From NCBI GenBank assembly GCA_965112155.1, contig OZ218113.1: 64,000 bases of DNA; one strand, 5' to 3'. Position numbers and translations under genes: made by a program. Numbering within the stretch: the first letter of the stretch is position 1; each line of letters begins with the position of its first letter. This document shows positions 49,468-62,110 of this stretch, in pieces. The notes below the pieces were generated by a model, which was given only the letters and a program-made list of their open reading frames with translations, searched no databases and was not told the DNA's origin. Origin of the DNA: Podarcis liolepis (lineage: Eukaryota).

Positions 49468-50342
49468 GCTTAGCCCATCTAGAAAATGGGCGTAGTAGTT
49501 CTGTGTAGGTAAGCATCAGTTATTTGGGAACACAGGAAAGCCGCAGAGTTGTGTTACCGGTCTGAAAATTCAGCTTCCCAGTAACCTCCTTTTTACACTC
49601 AAGTTTCTAGCCCTTATGGGTTAGGGAGATTACACGTTAGAGTGTGTGGATTCAATAGTGGAGCAGCTGGCTGGCTGGCTCTTCTGCAGAGCTGCTGCCT
49701 TTACTCCAGGTAAAGCAAGGAAAGACTCCCACCTGAACATCTGGAGAGCTACTGCCGGTCAGTGCAGACAACACTGAGCTTGATTAGGCTGACTCAGTAC
49801 CTGTGTTCGCATAGTAATGTCTGCTGATCTCCCCGAAGCCAAATAGGACTCCCAGTAGTCAAGGCTTCATGCCAGAATGAATTAAGCAAAGTGGTAAAAG
49901 CAAAACAGTGGAATTAATTATGGAGAACGTAAGAGAATATGCATATAGGTTTAACCTGCATTTTTAAGGCAGGCTACAGAGCTGAGCTTTCCTCGGGGAA
50001 AAGAGTTTCACTTTTTACTTAATGTGCGGAGTACACACGGCCCTGATGATCAAAAGCCCTCCCTGCCTGATAGTTGTCTAAAAGGTAAACAAGATAAAGG
50101 GCTGGTGCAACTTTGGTATTAGGCAGCCAGCCGGCTGGCCCCTCACCCTGCAGATCCTTTTCCCCTTTCCCAGGTAGAGGCAAATCATAATGCAATGCTT
50201 CTGAATACCAGTTGCTGGAAACTGCAGGAGAATAAGGTGCTCTTTGAGCTCAGGTCCCGCTTGCGGGTTTCCCAGAGGCATCTGGGTGGCCACTGCGAGA
50301 ACAAGATGCTGGACTAAATTTGGGGCCCCCTTTTGGCTTGAT

Positions 50343-50675
50343 GGGACGCAGGTGGCACTGTGGCCTAGGACTTGCCGATCAGAAGGTCGGCGGTTCGAAT
50401 CCCTGCGACGGGGTGAGCTCTCGTTGCTCGGTCCCTGCTCCTGCCAACCTAGCAGTTTGAAAGCACGTCAAAGTGCAAGTAGATAAATAGGTACCACTCT
50501 GGCGGGAAGGTAAATGGCGTTTCCGTGCGCTGCTCTGGTTCGCCAGAAGCAGCTTAGTCAAGCTGGCCACATGACCCGGAAGCTGTACACCAATACAGCG
50601 GCCAATAAAGCGAGATGAGCGCCGCAACCCCAGAGTCGGGCACGACTGGACCTAATGGTCAGGGGCCCCTTTACC
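50343..50675 (+). mobile_element. Near full-length Sauria SINE (Podarcis-type)
   Basis: gggacgc start, B-box ggttcgaatcc, ends in ccctttacctt; TSD tttggcttgat / tttggcctgat. Confidence 0.85.
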
Positions 50676-50775
50676 TTTGGCCTGATACAGCAGGCTCTTC
50701 CTCTTAGGCATTTAAGAGCAACAGCAACAGCAGCAACAACAACAAACCAGCCCGCCTCCCTCTTGTGTATTTCAG

Positions 50776-50845
50776 GAACTGTGCCGCAACCCTCTCTTCA
50801 TTGTGGATGGGGCGACCCGCACAGACGTCTGCCAAGGAGCTCTGG
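50776..50845 (+). CDS. CAPN1: CAPN1 exon ([24 protein letters not shown])
   Basis: AG/GT bounded, 70 nt. Confidence 0.96.
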
Positions 50846-52262
50846 GTAAGGAGGGTTCACCTGAGGCTGCGAGGTTGTCTGCCAGAGATGGGCGCTAAGC
50901 ACCCCAAAAAGCAGGGAGAGGTTGGGGGTCACTGCAGTCAGGTCGCCTCTCTCACGCACCCTTGGTTCTTTCCCACCTCCTCCCCTCTTTCTTGTAGAGG
51001 AGATCCTAGGAAGAGCTTGGCTGCTGGATCAGGCCAAAGGGTGCCCTTCCAGTTTTTGCAGCCAGGTGTCCATGGGAAGCCCTTAGCCATGTCTGTTGAT
51101 TTCAGTGGGTGTATTCTAGGGTGGGAGTTAGTTGGACACCACCCATGGGCGTAGCCGGGGGAGCAGGTGGGGCAGCTGCCCCCACCCATAAGCAAGTAAA
51201 TAAATAAAATAAAAATAAAATAAAATAAAATAAATAAATACGCTTAACTAAAAGTAGAAATTTATAGAAAGATTATGACAGATTTTTATGACCACTTGGG
51301 ATCAAAAGAAAGTAATTTAAAATGACGGTTTTTGACATTTCATTCCAAATCTGCTAGACAGAGTCAGACAGAGGATGATGACAGGTGTGTGTCCTCCCCC
51401 CCCCCCCAGAAATCTTGACTACGCCCAATATACCACCCATCTCAAATAAAAAAAAGTTGCTCAAATTTATATGTTGGAAATGGGGGGACGGACAGCCAGC
51501 TTTTCTGTTTTCTTCAGGTAGACAAAACCTACTGATAACTTGGAAGGCAAAGATTTTGATGCAATTTCTGGTTGTTGATTTCCTGCTGGCCCTTTGTTTA
51601 TTTTTCTGTGTTTTATCGGCATGGCTTGTTTTCTGTTATGACGAGAAGTACAATTTTGAAAGGACGCTGGAGCCTTTCCGGGTGTGCCCTGATTGTGCAA
51701 CAGCAGCCGCAGAGCCCCCTGAGCATATGACGTGACTCCCTCACTCTCTCTGGCCTTCGTACCATTCCTGCCTGGCTGTTTTCTTTTTGACTTGGCTGTT
51801 TTGAAACTGTCAGGTCACGGTCATCGAGGGAAACTTCCCGACAGCTGCAGGAAACACACCCTCCTCAGTGTTTCTTCTCCTCCCTCCCTCCCTCTCTCTC
51901 TCACACCACACACCATTTATCTGATCAGAGCCCTGCAGGCAGGCGTGGTCTCTTCTGCGCGGCCTGCACCCCTCCCCGGGGCAGAGCGCCAGCTTCAGGG
52001 CTCAAAGACAGCAGACTGGTGTCTGCGCTTACTCCAAAACAAGTTTGCATTTCAGAGTAACAACTCTGCAGTCGCCAAAGCGGAATGTTTTGTTGCCATT
52101 TTCGGGCAAGACAGCTCTAAAGTCTTATTTTCAAATGATGGGCTGACTGTGATGGATTCCTAGTTAAACGTCTAGTTCAGATGACAACCTTGAGCCTAGG
52201 TTAAGAGCTCTGAGAACTTAAAGAAGAAATGTCCTTTGATCCAGGGAGAGTCCACATATATA

Positions 52263-52425
52263 CCGTATCCTTCCATGTATAACACGCCACCGTGTATAAC
52301 ACCCCCCCTATTTTGGGGGACCCAAAATTAAGAAAATGGGGGGAGATTGCCCCCGTGTATAAGACTACCCCCCCTTAACATTATTTTTAGTAAAAAAACC
52401 TAGCCTTATACACAGAAAAGTACAG
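52263..52425. mobile_element. Tc1/mariner-type MITE (CCGTA family)
   Basis: ta|ccgtatccttccatgtataa ... ttatacacagaaaagtacag|ta. Confidence 0.65.
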
Positions 52426-53410
52426 TATATTGGCCAATTCCAACCTCTTTTTCTTAATGACGACTGCTCCTGCTCTGGCTGCACAGACAAAGCAACTTGG
52501 TTCCTGAAATCCATTCCGATTATGCCGATTAAATATAGCTGATAGAATTCTACAGGATGAGGTTTTTGTGTGTGAAAGCCGTCCAGATCCAGTGATCCCA
52601 AGACATCAGGTGCCATCTTGACGCCCAGGCATCCACTTGGTCGCAAGTGGTTGGAAGCTAGTTGCAAAATGCGCCTGGCACCTGACTAATTTCGAACACT
52701 GGAGAAAGCACCCCACCCACCCAGAGATCAGGAACCGGGCAGGCAGCTGGTAGTCCACTTGGGCTAAGGCGGTGTTTCTCAAACTAGTTTCAGGTGGCCC
52801 TAGCTGTGCCATAGCACCCGAAGCTCCTGGTCCGCTGAGTGAAGATGGCTGGCAGACCGGAAAGTTCCGGGGAGGGTGAGGGAAGGGAGGCCTCCCTCCC
52901 CTGAGGGGAAAGGGCCAGAGGAGGTGCTGAGGGGAATTAGGAGGTGAAATAATGAAAGGTGAATATTTGTTCAAATAAATAGAATGGGAAAAGAAAGGAA
53001 GGGAATAAGACAGGAGAACTGTTACAGGTCCGGAGAGGAGGGATGAAAGGAACTGGCGCAGTTTTGAGGAGGGTGCGGGGGGGGGGGGATGCATGTATTG
53101 GTCGTGAAAGGAGAATACAAAAGAAAAAGCTCTCTCCACTTGGAGCTTCTGGGGCAGCAGATTCTCCCTGAAATGAGGGGGCTCTCAGGATGCCTCCAAA
53201 ACAAAATCTCCTTGCAACTTTCAGCATCCTTTATGAAACTACATTTCCCAGGATGCTTTGGGGGAAGCCACATCTGCTCAGAGTGGCATGATGCATAGTG
53301 CAGATGGGGCCTTAGTCATGTCCACCTAATGCTAACAGGCGTACTCTGAGTATCCCTAAGGTTGGATGCAACAGCCTCGCCAAATAATTACACACAAACA
53401 CACACACACA

Positions 53411-53908
<498 letters not shown>

Positions 53909-54395
53909 TAGACTAGGCCTGCCTGCGAAGCAACAGAGAAATTCTTTGTGTCCTCCAGATCTCTCTGGTGTTTATTTTAGCATTCTTCCCTGATTTGCTA
54001 GCAGAAAGCTTATACCGAGGTTAGATCGTATCCAGTCTTTCTGAGCATTCATTCTGATTTATTTATTTTGCAAGTTGTTTATACGACAATAGGCATTTGT
54101 GCTCCGATCACTCTGATTTTCCTTGTGGGGTGTTTACACCTTTCCAGTTAATCACTCGTTCATCCCACTCTTTTCTGTGCATTTTCCTGTCACTTTCCAT
54201 AGTGCAAAATGGTGTGTGTGTGTGTAAAATTGATTTAACAAAAAAAAAATTAAAAAAAATGCAAGCATAACAAAAAGGGGGAAGGGAAGCCCACTGAATC
54301 AAAAATGTAAACCATAGCCTGGAAGGACAAAGATAAAGTATAGCTCCAAAGGGATAATAAGGTATTAACTCATACAGAAATTCCCTTTCCAAATG

Positions 54396-54637
54396 CAGTG
54401 GTACCTAGGGTTAAGTATTTAATTCGTTCCGGAGGTCCGTTCTTAACCTGAAACTGTTCTTAACCTGAAGCACCACTTTAGCTAATGGGGCCTCCTGCTG
54501 CCACTGCGCCGCTGGAGCACGATTTCTGTTCTCATCCTGAAGCAAAGTTCTTAACCTGAAGCACTATTTCTGGGTTAGCGGAGTGTGTAACCTGAAGCGT
54601 ATGTAACCTGAAGCATATGTAACCCGAGGTACCACTG
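54396..54637. mobile_element. Tc1/mariner Tigger-like MITE (cagtggtacctc family), inverted relative to 53411
   Basis: TIRs cagtggtacct / aggtaccactg. Confidence 0.8.
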
Positions 54638-55823
54638 TAATAATAATCCCTGGCTTTCTGCTAACTGAGGGAGCCTGGCGATCAGTTTAAAAATGGACTT
54701 TTTATTCTAGGAGAGTGAGAATAAAAAGTCTGTTTTTACAGTTATCTGCAGGCTCCCTCACTTAGCCCAAAGCCAGCTCCTTAAACGCACAAACGCCATT
54801 CAAGGCAATCTGCCCAGCTCCACCCCATCCAACGCCTGGCTTGGTCTGTTGCCAGCTGAGGTGTCTTTGCTGCTTATTTTAAGTCTTCCACACCTGAGGA
54901 CTCCACCCTGATGTGGAATCCGACCTCGCAGGTGATGATTCGCCTTGGTATTTCAAGGTTCTTTGTTTGTGGGGGGTGGCAAGGGTGTGGTGCATAGCGG
55001 GGAAGAAAGCTGCCCGGTGCCTCCCATTCAGAGCACAGCCTGGTGTTTGCTCAGCCTGCGGATCTGTGCCTGCAGGTAGACAGCTGCAGCTTTCCTGATG
55101 AATCGCACTTGCAGAATCTCTCCCCCTTCCTGCCCTTTAGTGGAACTGGGTTTGTTAGGCCGCAGAAAGAAAGCTGGACTAGGTAGGCCTGCAAGGAATG
55201 ATGTAATTTGAGCAAGGTGTCAGGCTCAGAGCTCGTGCAGAACGCTGGATCTTGACCTTGGAACATGTGGACTAATGATGGCTTTCTCTGAGCATGTGCA
55301 GAGCACAACCGCTAAGAAAAAAAAACCCCCAGATCTGTCAGTTTCAGTTTCTTGTTTTTCCAGTTTTAAATTCAGTTCTCCTGTCTGTAGCCTGGATTTT
55401 TTTTTTTTAAAGTATTGTGAAAATTCATCAGCATTTCAATGTAAATTTCTTCTGAAATACACATTTTTGTATGCCATTTTGACTGTTTTGCAAGCAATTC
55501 CCCCCTTATAGAATACTTGTTTTTTTGTATGCTGTTTTCACTAGAGTATGTGTTTTTCTAAACACTCTCCCCCTAACATATGTATTTTTGTAAATGAGTT
55601 GTTCAGTTGCAGAACTACCGTTGTAAAATTCAGAGAAACGTAAATCTCATTGTGTTTGGGCTCACATAATGGTTTGATGAGAAGTACAGATTAAGTACGT
55701 TCTCATCTAAAACGCAAACAGCATCCATCTTCTCTCCTCCCTGCCTCCATTCTTACCCACCGCTGAGTCATCAAGGGCACATGCAGCAGGGACCAGGTTC
55801 AATTCCTGGCATCTCCAGATTGA

Positions 55824-56000
<177 letters not shown>

Positions 56001-56334
56001 TAAGCATCTAAATCTCTTGGTTTGGGGTTGACGGGGGGAGGGAGGCTAAAGATTTGGTACAAAAGACTTGTGTTTGTCCCACCGCTGCCAAGGGCAAACA
56101 CTGTGACCTGGGGGTGAATCAGCCTCAGTTTTCCCAGTTGTGAAATGGGAACAAACAGGATACCCCCCTCCTTATTTTAGATTTCTTACTAACCCTTTAC
56201 CAGAAAGTTCCAGGTCAGGTTACAACAGTGAAACAGACAACTATAAAAGAACTAAATCATTTGAACTGTAAAAGAAGAAAAGTGCTAGAACAGTTTAGAA
56301 CAGTTCCACATATATAACAATTAAAACAGGTCCA

Positions 56335-58366
56335 AGTGCAAACTAAAGGGTGGCAAATTTTACCACATGTGGTGGACATGCGAAAAGATGAAAAAGTTTT
56401 GGGATTTGATATATAATGAGTTGAAAAAAACTTTTCAAATACACATTCCCAAAGAAACCAGAGGCTTTTTTATTGGAGATGACGTGAGAAAAGAAGATCG
56501 TAAACTATTTCAGTATGCCACGACTGCCGCTAGGATTCTCAGGAGTGGAAATCCCAGGAGATCCCAATTTTATTGGAGTGGTAGACCAGTGTTTCCCAAC
56601 CTTTTTTGGGCAAAGGCACACTTGTTTCATGAAAAAAATCTCGAGGCACACCACCATTACAGCCCCGTGACGTCAGCGCGCAGCGTCACGCCGGGAGGGA
56701 CATGAATTGCTAGCAAATTACATAATCACCTCCTTGAGGGCTGGCTCATCTTCTCCGAAGGCAGAACCCCATTAATTAACAGCACAGACTCACACCATAG
56801 CCAAGACGAGGAGGGAAAACCTCAGTCATGCACAGTCATGCACATGTGGGGGCTAAATGAGGACGAAGACCGGGCAGAGAGCAGGGTTCAAATCACCCCA
56901 CCTGGCCAGGACAATCCCTGGGTGCTCCCTTGGGCCACTCGCCTGACCCACCTCGCAGGGCTGTTGTTGCGAGGATAACACGGGGAGAACCACGCGCGCC
57001 CCCAGGAGCTCCTTGGAGGAGAAAGTGGGCGATGAATGCAATGCACGAAATATATGAGAGGCGACCAGGTTTTGCAGGTGAGGGGCCCCCGCCAGCCTCC
57101 GCTTCCAACACCCGGCGCAACAACGCCGAAGTTTCCCCCCGGGCTCGGCTCGGGGAGCAGCGCTGCTCCCCCCCAGCTCCCCTTCGCCCTCCCGGCTCTC
57201 TCTGCCGCCCACTGGGGACCCCCCTCACCTGCCAAGTCCGGAGCGCCGGTGGAAGTTGCATGCATGCATGCAGGGCGCCGCGTTGCCATTGCATTGCACT
57301 GCACTCCATGCAACGCCTGCACGCATGCATTGCCTTGCACGCCCGCCAAGGGGTCTCCCCGCGGTCCGATGCGTCCCCTCCGGCGCGGATGCAGCATTGC
57401 AAAAATAAAACCCCCCGACGCAGCCCTACCTGGGGGGCAGCCTCCGCCGCCGCCGCTCCGCCTCCGCGGGGATCCCCGGGCTCCATCCTGCTGCCCGATC
57501 TCCGCGGGGGCGCAGGCAGGCTGCGCGGGGTCTGCACGGAAGAGCCCCTGCCCGCCCGGCCGCCGCCGCTGCTCTCATTCCATGGCCGGGAGAAGAGCGC
57601 TTCAAACAAAACGCCCGGCCCGTCAGGCCACGCTGGGAAACGTAGTTTGCGCACCCCGCGCGGGCGCGGAGCCCAAGGGCGAGGGGACTACGGATCCCGG
57701 CAGCCCCCGCGCCGGGGACGGAGGGGGAGAGACTGGGTGCAGGGATGGAGGGACGGGTGGGCGAGCGAGTGAGTGAGTGGCAGCCGCCAAGCCTTGGCCG
57801 AGAGCCAGGAAGGGCCTCCCCGGAGGAGGAGGAGGAGGAGGGAGGCGCAGAGCGGGAGGGAGGGAGGGAACCCCAGGGGTCATCTAGTGACGGCGCCCCA
57901 ATCGAAAATTTGACTTTAAAAAAAAAATCTTTCAAATTTTTTAATTTTTCCCGCGGCACACCAGGCAACATCTCGCGGCACACTAGTGTGCCGCGGAACA
58001 GTGGTTGGGAAACACTGTGGTAGACAAAATTATTTGAGTATGCAGAATTGGCAAAAATGACCTATAAAATTCGAGACCGTAAAATGACAAAGCTTGAAGA
58101 GGAATGGAGTAAATTTGTTAGGTACATACGAATTAATTGCAGAAGTTTAAAAACTGTAGCAGGATTAATATAAATCCTGTGATGTGAATAGAGGGTAAAT
58201 AATAATCTGTAAGAGAAGATGTAAATTCGGAAAACCGAAGCAGGGTAGGAGGGAAGTCCGGGCGCAAAATTGCGCAGGGTAAATAAGATGACACAAAATG
58301 TTGAATGTAAAAGTTTTAAGTTTTATTTATGTTTGTGAAAATCATTAAAAAGCATTTGAGGCGGGG
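56335..58366 (+). mobile_element. 5'-truncated L1 LINE (ORF2 C-terminal zinc knuckle and 3' UTR) split by a hAT insertion
   Basis: 12-bp TSD aaaacaggtcca (56323-56334 / 58367-58378) at a TT|AAAA site; C..GKFYHMWWTCEKMKKFWDLIYNELKK, then EYAELAKMT...EEEWSKF after the hAT. Confidence 0.85.
56587..58017. mobile_element. Non-autonomous hAT (Charlie-like) element, 1431 bp, with a CpG-island-like interior
   Basis: Perfect TIR cagtgtttcccaacc / ggttgggaaacactg; perfect 8-bp TSD tggtagac. Confidence 0.92.
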
Positions 58367-58685
58367 AAAACAGGTCCACGTATAAGTTGGCCTTACCCAG
58401 CTTAGGTTCAGAGATTCGGGTGGCTCAGTGGTAGATCGGGTACCTTGCTTTCAGATGGTCCTGGGTTTAGTCTGAGTGGGGTGGACTAGATGAGTCCTGG
58501 GGGTCCTTTGCAGCTCTGTGATCCTATGATTCCCAGCAACTCCAGGTAGGGTTGGGAGAGACTCACTGCCTGGGACCCTGGAGAGCTACTGCCAGTCAGT
58601 GCAGACAATACTGAGCTAGATTGATGCAGCAATGTTCTGATTCACTACGAAGCGCCTCCTTGATGCCCTGCTGCTTCCACCGTAG

Positions 58686-58854
58686 GGTGAACGGCTGCTA
58701 CGAGGCTCTTTCGGGAGGGAGCACCTCAGAAGGGTTCGAAGACTTCACGGGAGGCGTCACTGAGTGGTACGACCTACATAAGCCGCCCAGCGACCTCTTC
58801 CAGATCATCTTAAAGGCCCTGGAGAGGGGGTCTCTCATGGGTTGCTCCATTGAT
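58686..58854 (+). CDS. CAPN1: CAPN1 exon ([23 protein letters not shown]...GSLMGCSID)
   Basis: AG/GT bounded, 169 nt. Confidence 0.97.
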
Positions 58855-59406
58855 GTGAGTACCTTGGGGCTGCATCCACCACTATAGTCCACTAGTGCAA
58901 GGGCTGTTGCACTAGTGGGCAGGTGAGCTTTCCTGTTGTGCAACAGAAGACTCCAATGCAACAGCCGTGCTAGCGGAAACTCGCCATGCAACAGATTGCA
59001 CAATTACTAGCAGCCTGCTTCTGCATTTTGTTTACACAGCAGTTTACCGGTGGCATGAAACATTTTGCCAGAGGAACAGGTATACTGCTAAGTGGCTGGT
59101 GAACTACAATCACAATTTTTTTGTGATGTATACAAGTTTTATTTGGGGGGGGGAGTTGGTTCTGGGTTTTTTTCTACATGGATGCTATTTTTCTCTATAT
59201 ATACCTTATCTTACTCTGTGCACTTGCAATTAAGTACTTTTTATCTTTCAACAAAGGATATATATATTTATATAATCTTCCATAATATCCGATACAGTGC
59301 TGTGTGTTGGCTGCTCCATCCCCTTCCAGCAAAGTCTTACGTCCTTGGAGGCCCTTTGAAGGTTGTCACTTAGATTCTTACTCTTCTTCGACCCCCGTTT
59401 TTTCAG

Positions 59407-59490
59407 ATCACAAGTGCTTTTGACATGGAGGCTGTCACTTTTAAGAAGCTGGTGAAAGGCCACGCCTATTCCGTCACTGGAGCTGAGCAG
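59407..59490 (+). CDS. CAPN1: CAPN1 exon with the catalytic His ([28 protein letters not shown])
   Basis: AG/GT bounded, 84 nt; GHAYS motif. Confidence 0.97.
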
Positions 59491-60447
59491 GTGATTGTTG
59501 CGTTTCTACTATTTGGCGCTTGTTTGTTTTCCTTTTTATTTACAGTATTTATGTCCAGACCCCTTTTAGCAAAACAACAACAACAACAACAAAAACTCTC
59601 AGGGCACCTTAAACCAATCAATTCTAAGGTGGTCCCTGCCCTCAGCCTCACAATCTTAAGAAGTCAAGAGAGAAGGCCTAAAGCGAGGGCAGGGACCCTT
59701 CTTCATTCTGAGGGCCGCATTGCCTTCTTGGCAACTTTCTGAGGGCCACATGCCTGAGGCAAAAGTGGGTGGAGCAACAATGGCAGATTTTACCTTTGTA
59801 CAGGTAGGCTGGTTTCTACACAGGCCCTAACACACCCCCTTTGACCCTCTTGCAGGGAAGCAAGAGGCATTCTCAGAGTCCAAGGGCCTGTACCCACCTG
59901 GGTGTGAAACAAGGCCAGATAGAGAGGCCCTAGGCCTGAAATTCCCCATTTCTGACATAAAGAGGAACTCTATTCCTGCAGAGGGGAAACAGATAAAAGA
60001 ACAGAGGATCATCTATGTAGGAAAGTTTAATAACAGAGAGGTTGCCAGAAAAGAATCCTCCCAACAACAAGAAAAAGTCAATCAATCAATCAATCAATCA
60101 ATCAGATCTTTATTACAGTCATAGACCAGCATAAGTAAGGTGGGGAACAATTATTTAAAATCTGTAAAATGTTTTGGAAAGCTAAAATTATTAAAACAGA
60201 AGGTATATGTAAAAGATACAAGAATCTAAAAGAGGCTAAAAGAAGGGTTAGGACTGGAGCATTAAACAAATGTGGAAGAGCATAAAAGGTTAGTACAGTA
60301 GTGCCCCGCAAGACGAACGCCTCGCAAGACAAAAAACTCGCTAGACGAAAGGTTTTTTCGTCCGCGATTTGCCTCGCAAGACGAATTCCCCTATGGGCTT
60401 GCTTCGCAAAACGAAGCTTGCCCCGGGGACAGCGGGTCTTCTCTTTT

Positions 60448-61590
60448 GAAGCAAGGGGCTGCGGGGAGATAGCGATCTCCCTGCAGCCCCTTGCTGCAAA
60501 AGACGTCCGGGGGAAGCGGGGAAGCGAAGCGCTTCGCTTCCCCGCTTCCCCCGGACCTCTTCTGAAGCAAGGGGATGGGGGGAGATAGCGATCTCCCTGC
60601 AGCCCCTTGCTGCAAAAGACGTCGGGGGAAGCGGGGAAACGAAGCGCTTCGCTTCCCCGCTTCCCCCGGACCTCTTCTGAAGCAAGGGGCTGGGGGGAGA
60701 TAGCGATCTCCCTGCAGCCCCTTGCTGCAAAAGACGTTGGGGGAAGCGGGGAAGCGAAGCGCTTCGCTTCCCCGCTTCCCCCGGACCTCTTCTGAAGCAA
60801 GGGGATGGGGGGAGATAGCGATCTCCCTGCAGCCCCTTGCTGCAAAAGACGTGCGGGGGAAGCGGGGAAGCGAAGCGCTTCGCTTCCCCGCTTCCCCCGG
60901 ACCTCTTCTGTAGCAAGGGGATGGGGGGAGATAGCGATCTCCCTGCAGCCCCTTGCTGCAAAAGACGTCCGGGGGAAGCGGGGAAGCGAAGCGCTTCGCT
61001 TCCCCGCTTCCCCCGGACCTCTTCTGAAGCAAGGGGATGGGGGGAGATAGCGATCTCCCTGCAGCCCCTTGCTGCAAAAGACGTCCGGGGGAAGCGGGGA
61101 AGCGAAGCGCTTCGCTTCCCCGCTTCCCCCGGACCTCTTCTGAAGCAAGGGGATGGGGGGAGATAGCGATCTCCCTGCAGCCCCTTGCTGCAAAAGACGT
61201 CGGGGGAAGCGAAGCGCTTCGCTTCCCCGCTTCCCCCGGACCTCTTCTGAAGCAAGGGGATGGGGGGAGATAGCGATCTCCCTGCAGCCCCTTGCTGCAA
61301 AAGACGTCGGGGGAAGCGAAGCGCTTCGCTTCCCCGCTTCCCCCGGACCTCTTCTGAAGCAAGGGGATGGGGGGAGATAGCGATCTCCCTGCAGCCCCTT
61401 GCTGCAAAAGACGTCGGGGGAAGCGGGGAAGCGAAGCGCTTCGCTTCCCGCTTCCCCCGGACCTCTTCTGAAGCAAGGGGCTGGGGGGAGATAGCGATCT
61501 CCCCCCAGCCCCTTGCTTCAGAAGAGGTCCGGGGGAAGCGGGAAGCGAAGCGCTTCGCTTCCCCGCTTCCCCCTGACGTCTTTTGCAGCT
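60448..61590. repeat. Minisatellite: 10 units of 107-116 bp, each made of two hairpins
   Basis: Unit starts at 60448, 60564, 60679, 60794, 60910, 61026, 61142, 61249, 61356 and 61470. Confidence 0.95.
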
Positions 61591-61674
61591 GTTCCGAAGT
61601 GGGGCGGGGGGGCGGGGTCACCTGCCCCAGCCGCCCCACTTCGGAAAGCTGTTCCAGGAACAGCTCCATAGGAA

Positions 61675-62110
61675 CCTCCATAGGCGCCCGTCACCTCTCC
61701 AGGCAGGAGAGCGCGCGCGGGGCTAAACCAGCCCCCCGCGACCCTCTCCCAGCTGGAGAAGTGACGCGCGCCTATGGCAGGAGCCTCCATAGGCGCCCGT
61801 CACCTCTCCAGCCGGGAGAGCGCGCGCGGGGCTAAACCAGCCCCCCGCGACCCTCTCCCAGCTGGAGAAGTGACGCGCGCCTATGGCAGGAGCCTCCATA
61901 GGCGCCCGTCACCTCTCCAGCCAGGAGAGCGCGCGCGGGGCTAAACCAGCCCCCCGCGACCCTCTCCCAGCTGGAGTTGTGACGCGCGCATATGGCAGGA
62001 ACCTCCATAGGCGCCCGTCACCTCTCCAGCCGGGAGAGCGCGCGCGGGGCTAAAGAAACCATAGCCCCGCGACCCTCTCCCAGCTGGAGAAGTGACGCGT
62101 GACTATGGCA
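61675..62110. repeat. Minisatellite: 4 units of 109 bp, each an imperfect long hairpin
   Basis: taggcgcccgtcac at 61681, 61790, 61899 and 62008. Confidence 0.95.

Noticed and set aside
56853-57983. Overlapping 170-280 aa ORFs as a gene or transposase
   Set aside because: Low-complexity products of high GC content with no hAT transposase motifs; only the short ATG-to-donor segment is retained as a candidate
58686-58710. NGCYEAL motif suggesting CAPN2 or mu/m-calpain instead of CAPN1
   Set aside because: The N-terminus (MSEE...[11 protein letters not shown]), exon sizes and SYVN1-SPDYC synteny indicate CAPN1
60102-61835. Long ORFs of 361-446 aa
   Set aside because: They are translations of a stop-poor GC-rich minisatellite open in several frames on both strands, with no domain signal
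60448-62110. CRISPR-like or retrozyme-like array
   Set aside because: There are no unique spacers, the context is a eukaryotic intron, and I found no CUGAnGA/GAAA hammerhead core in the units
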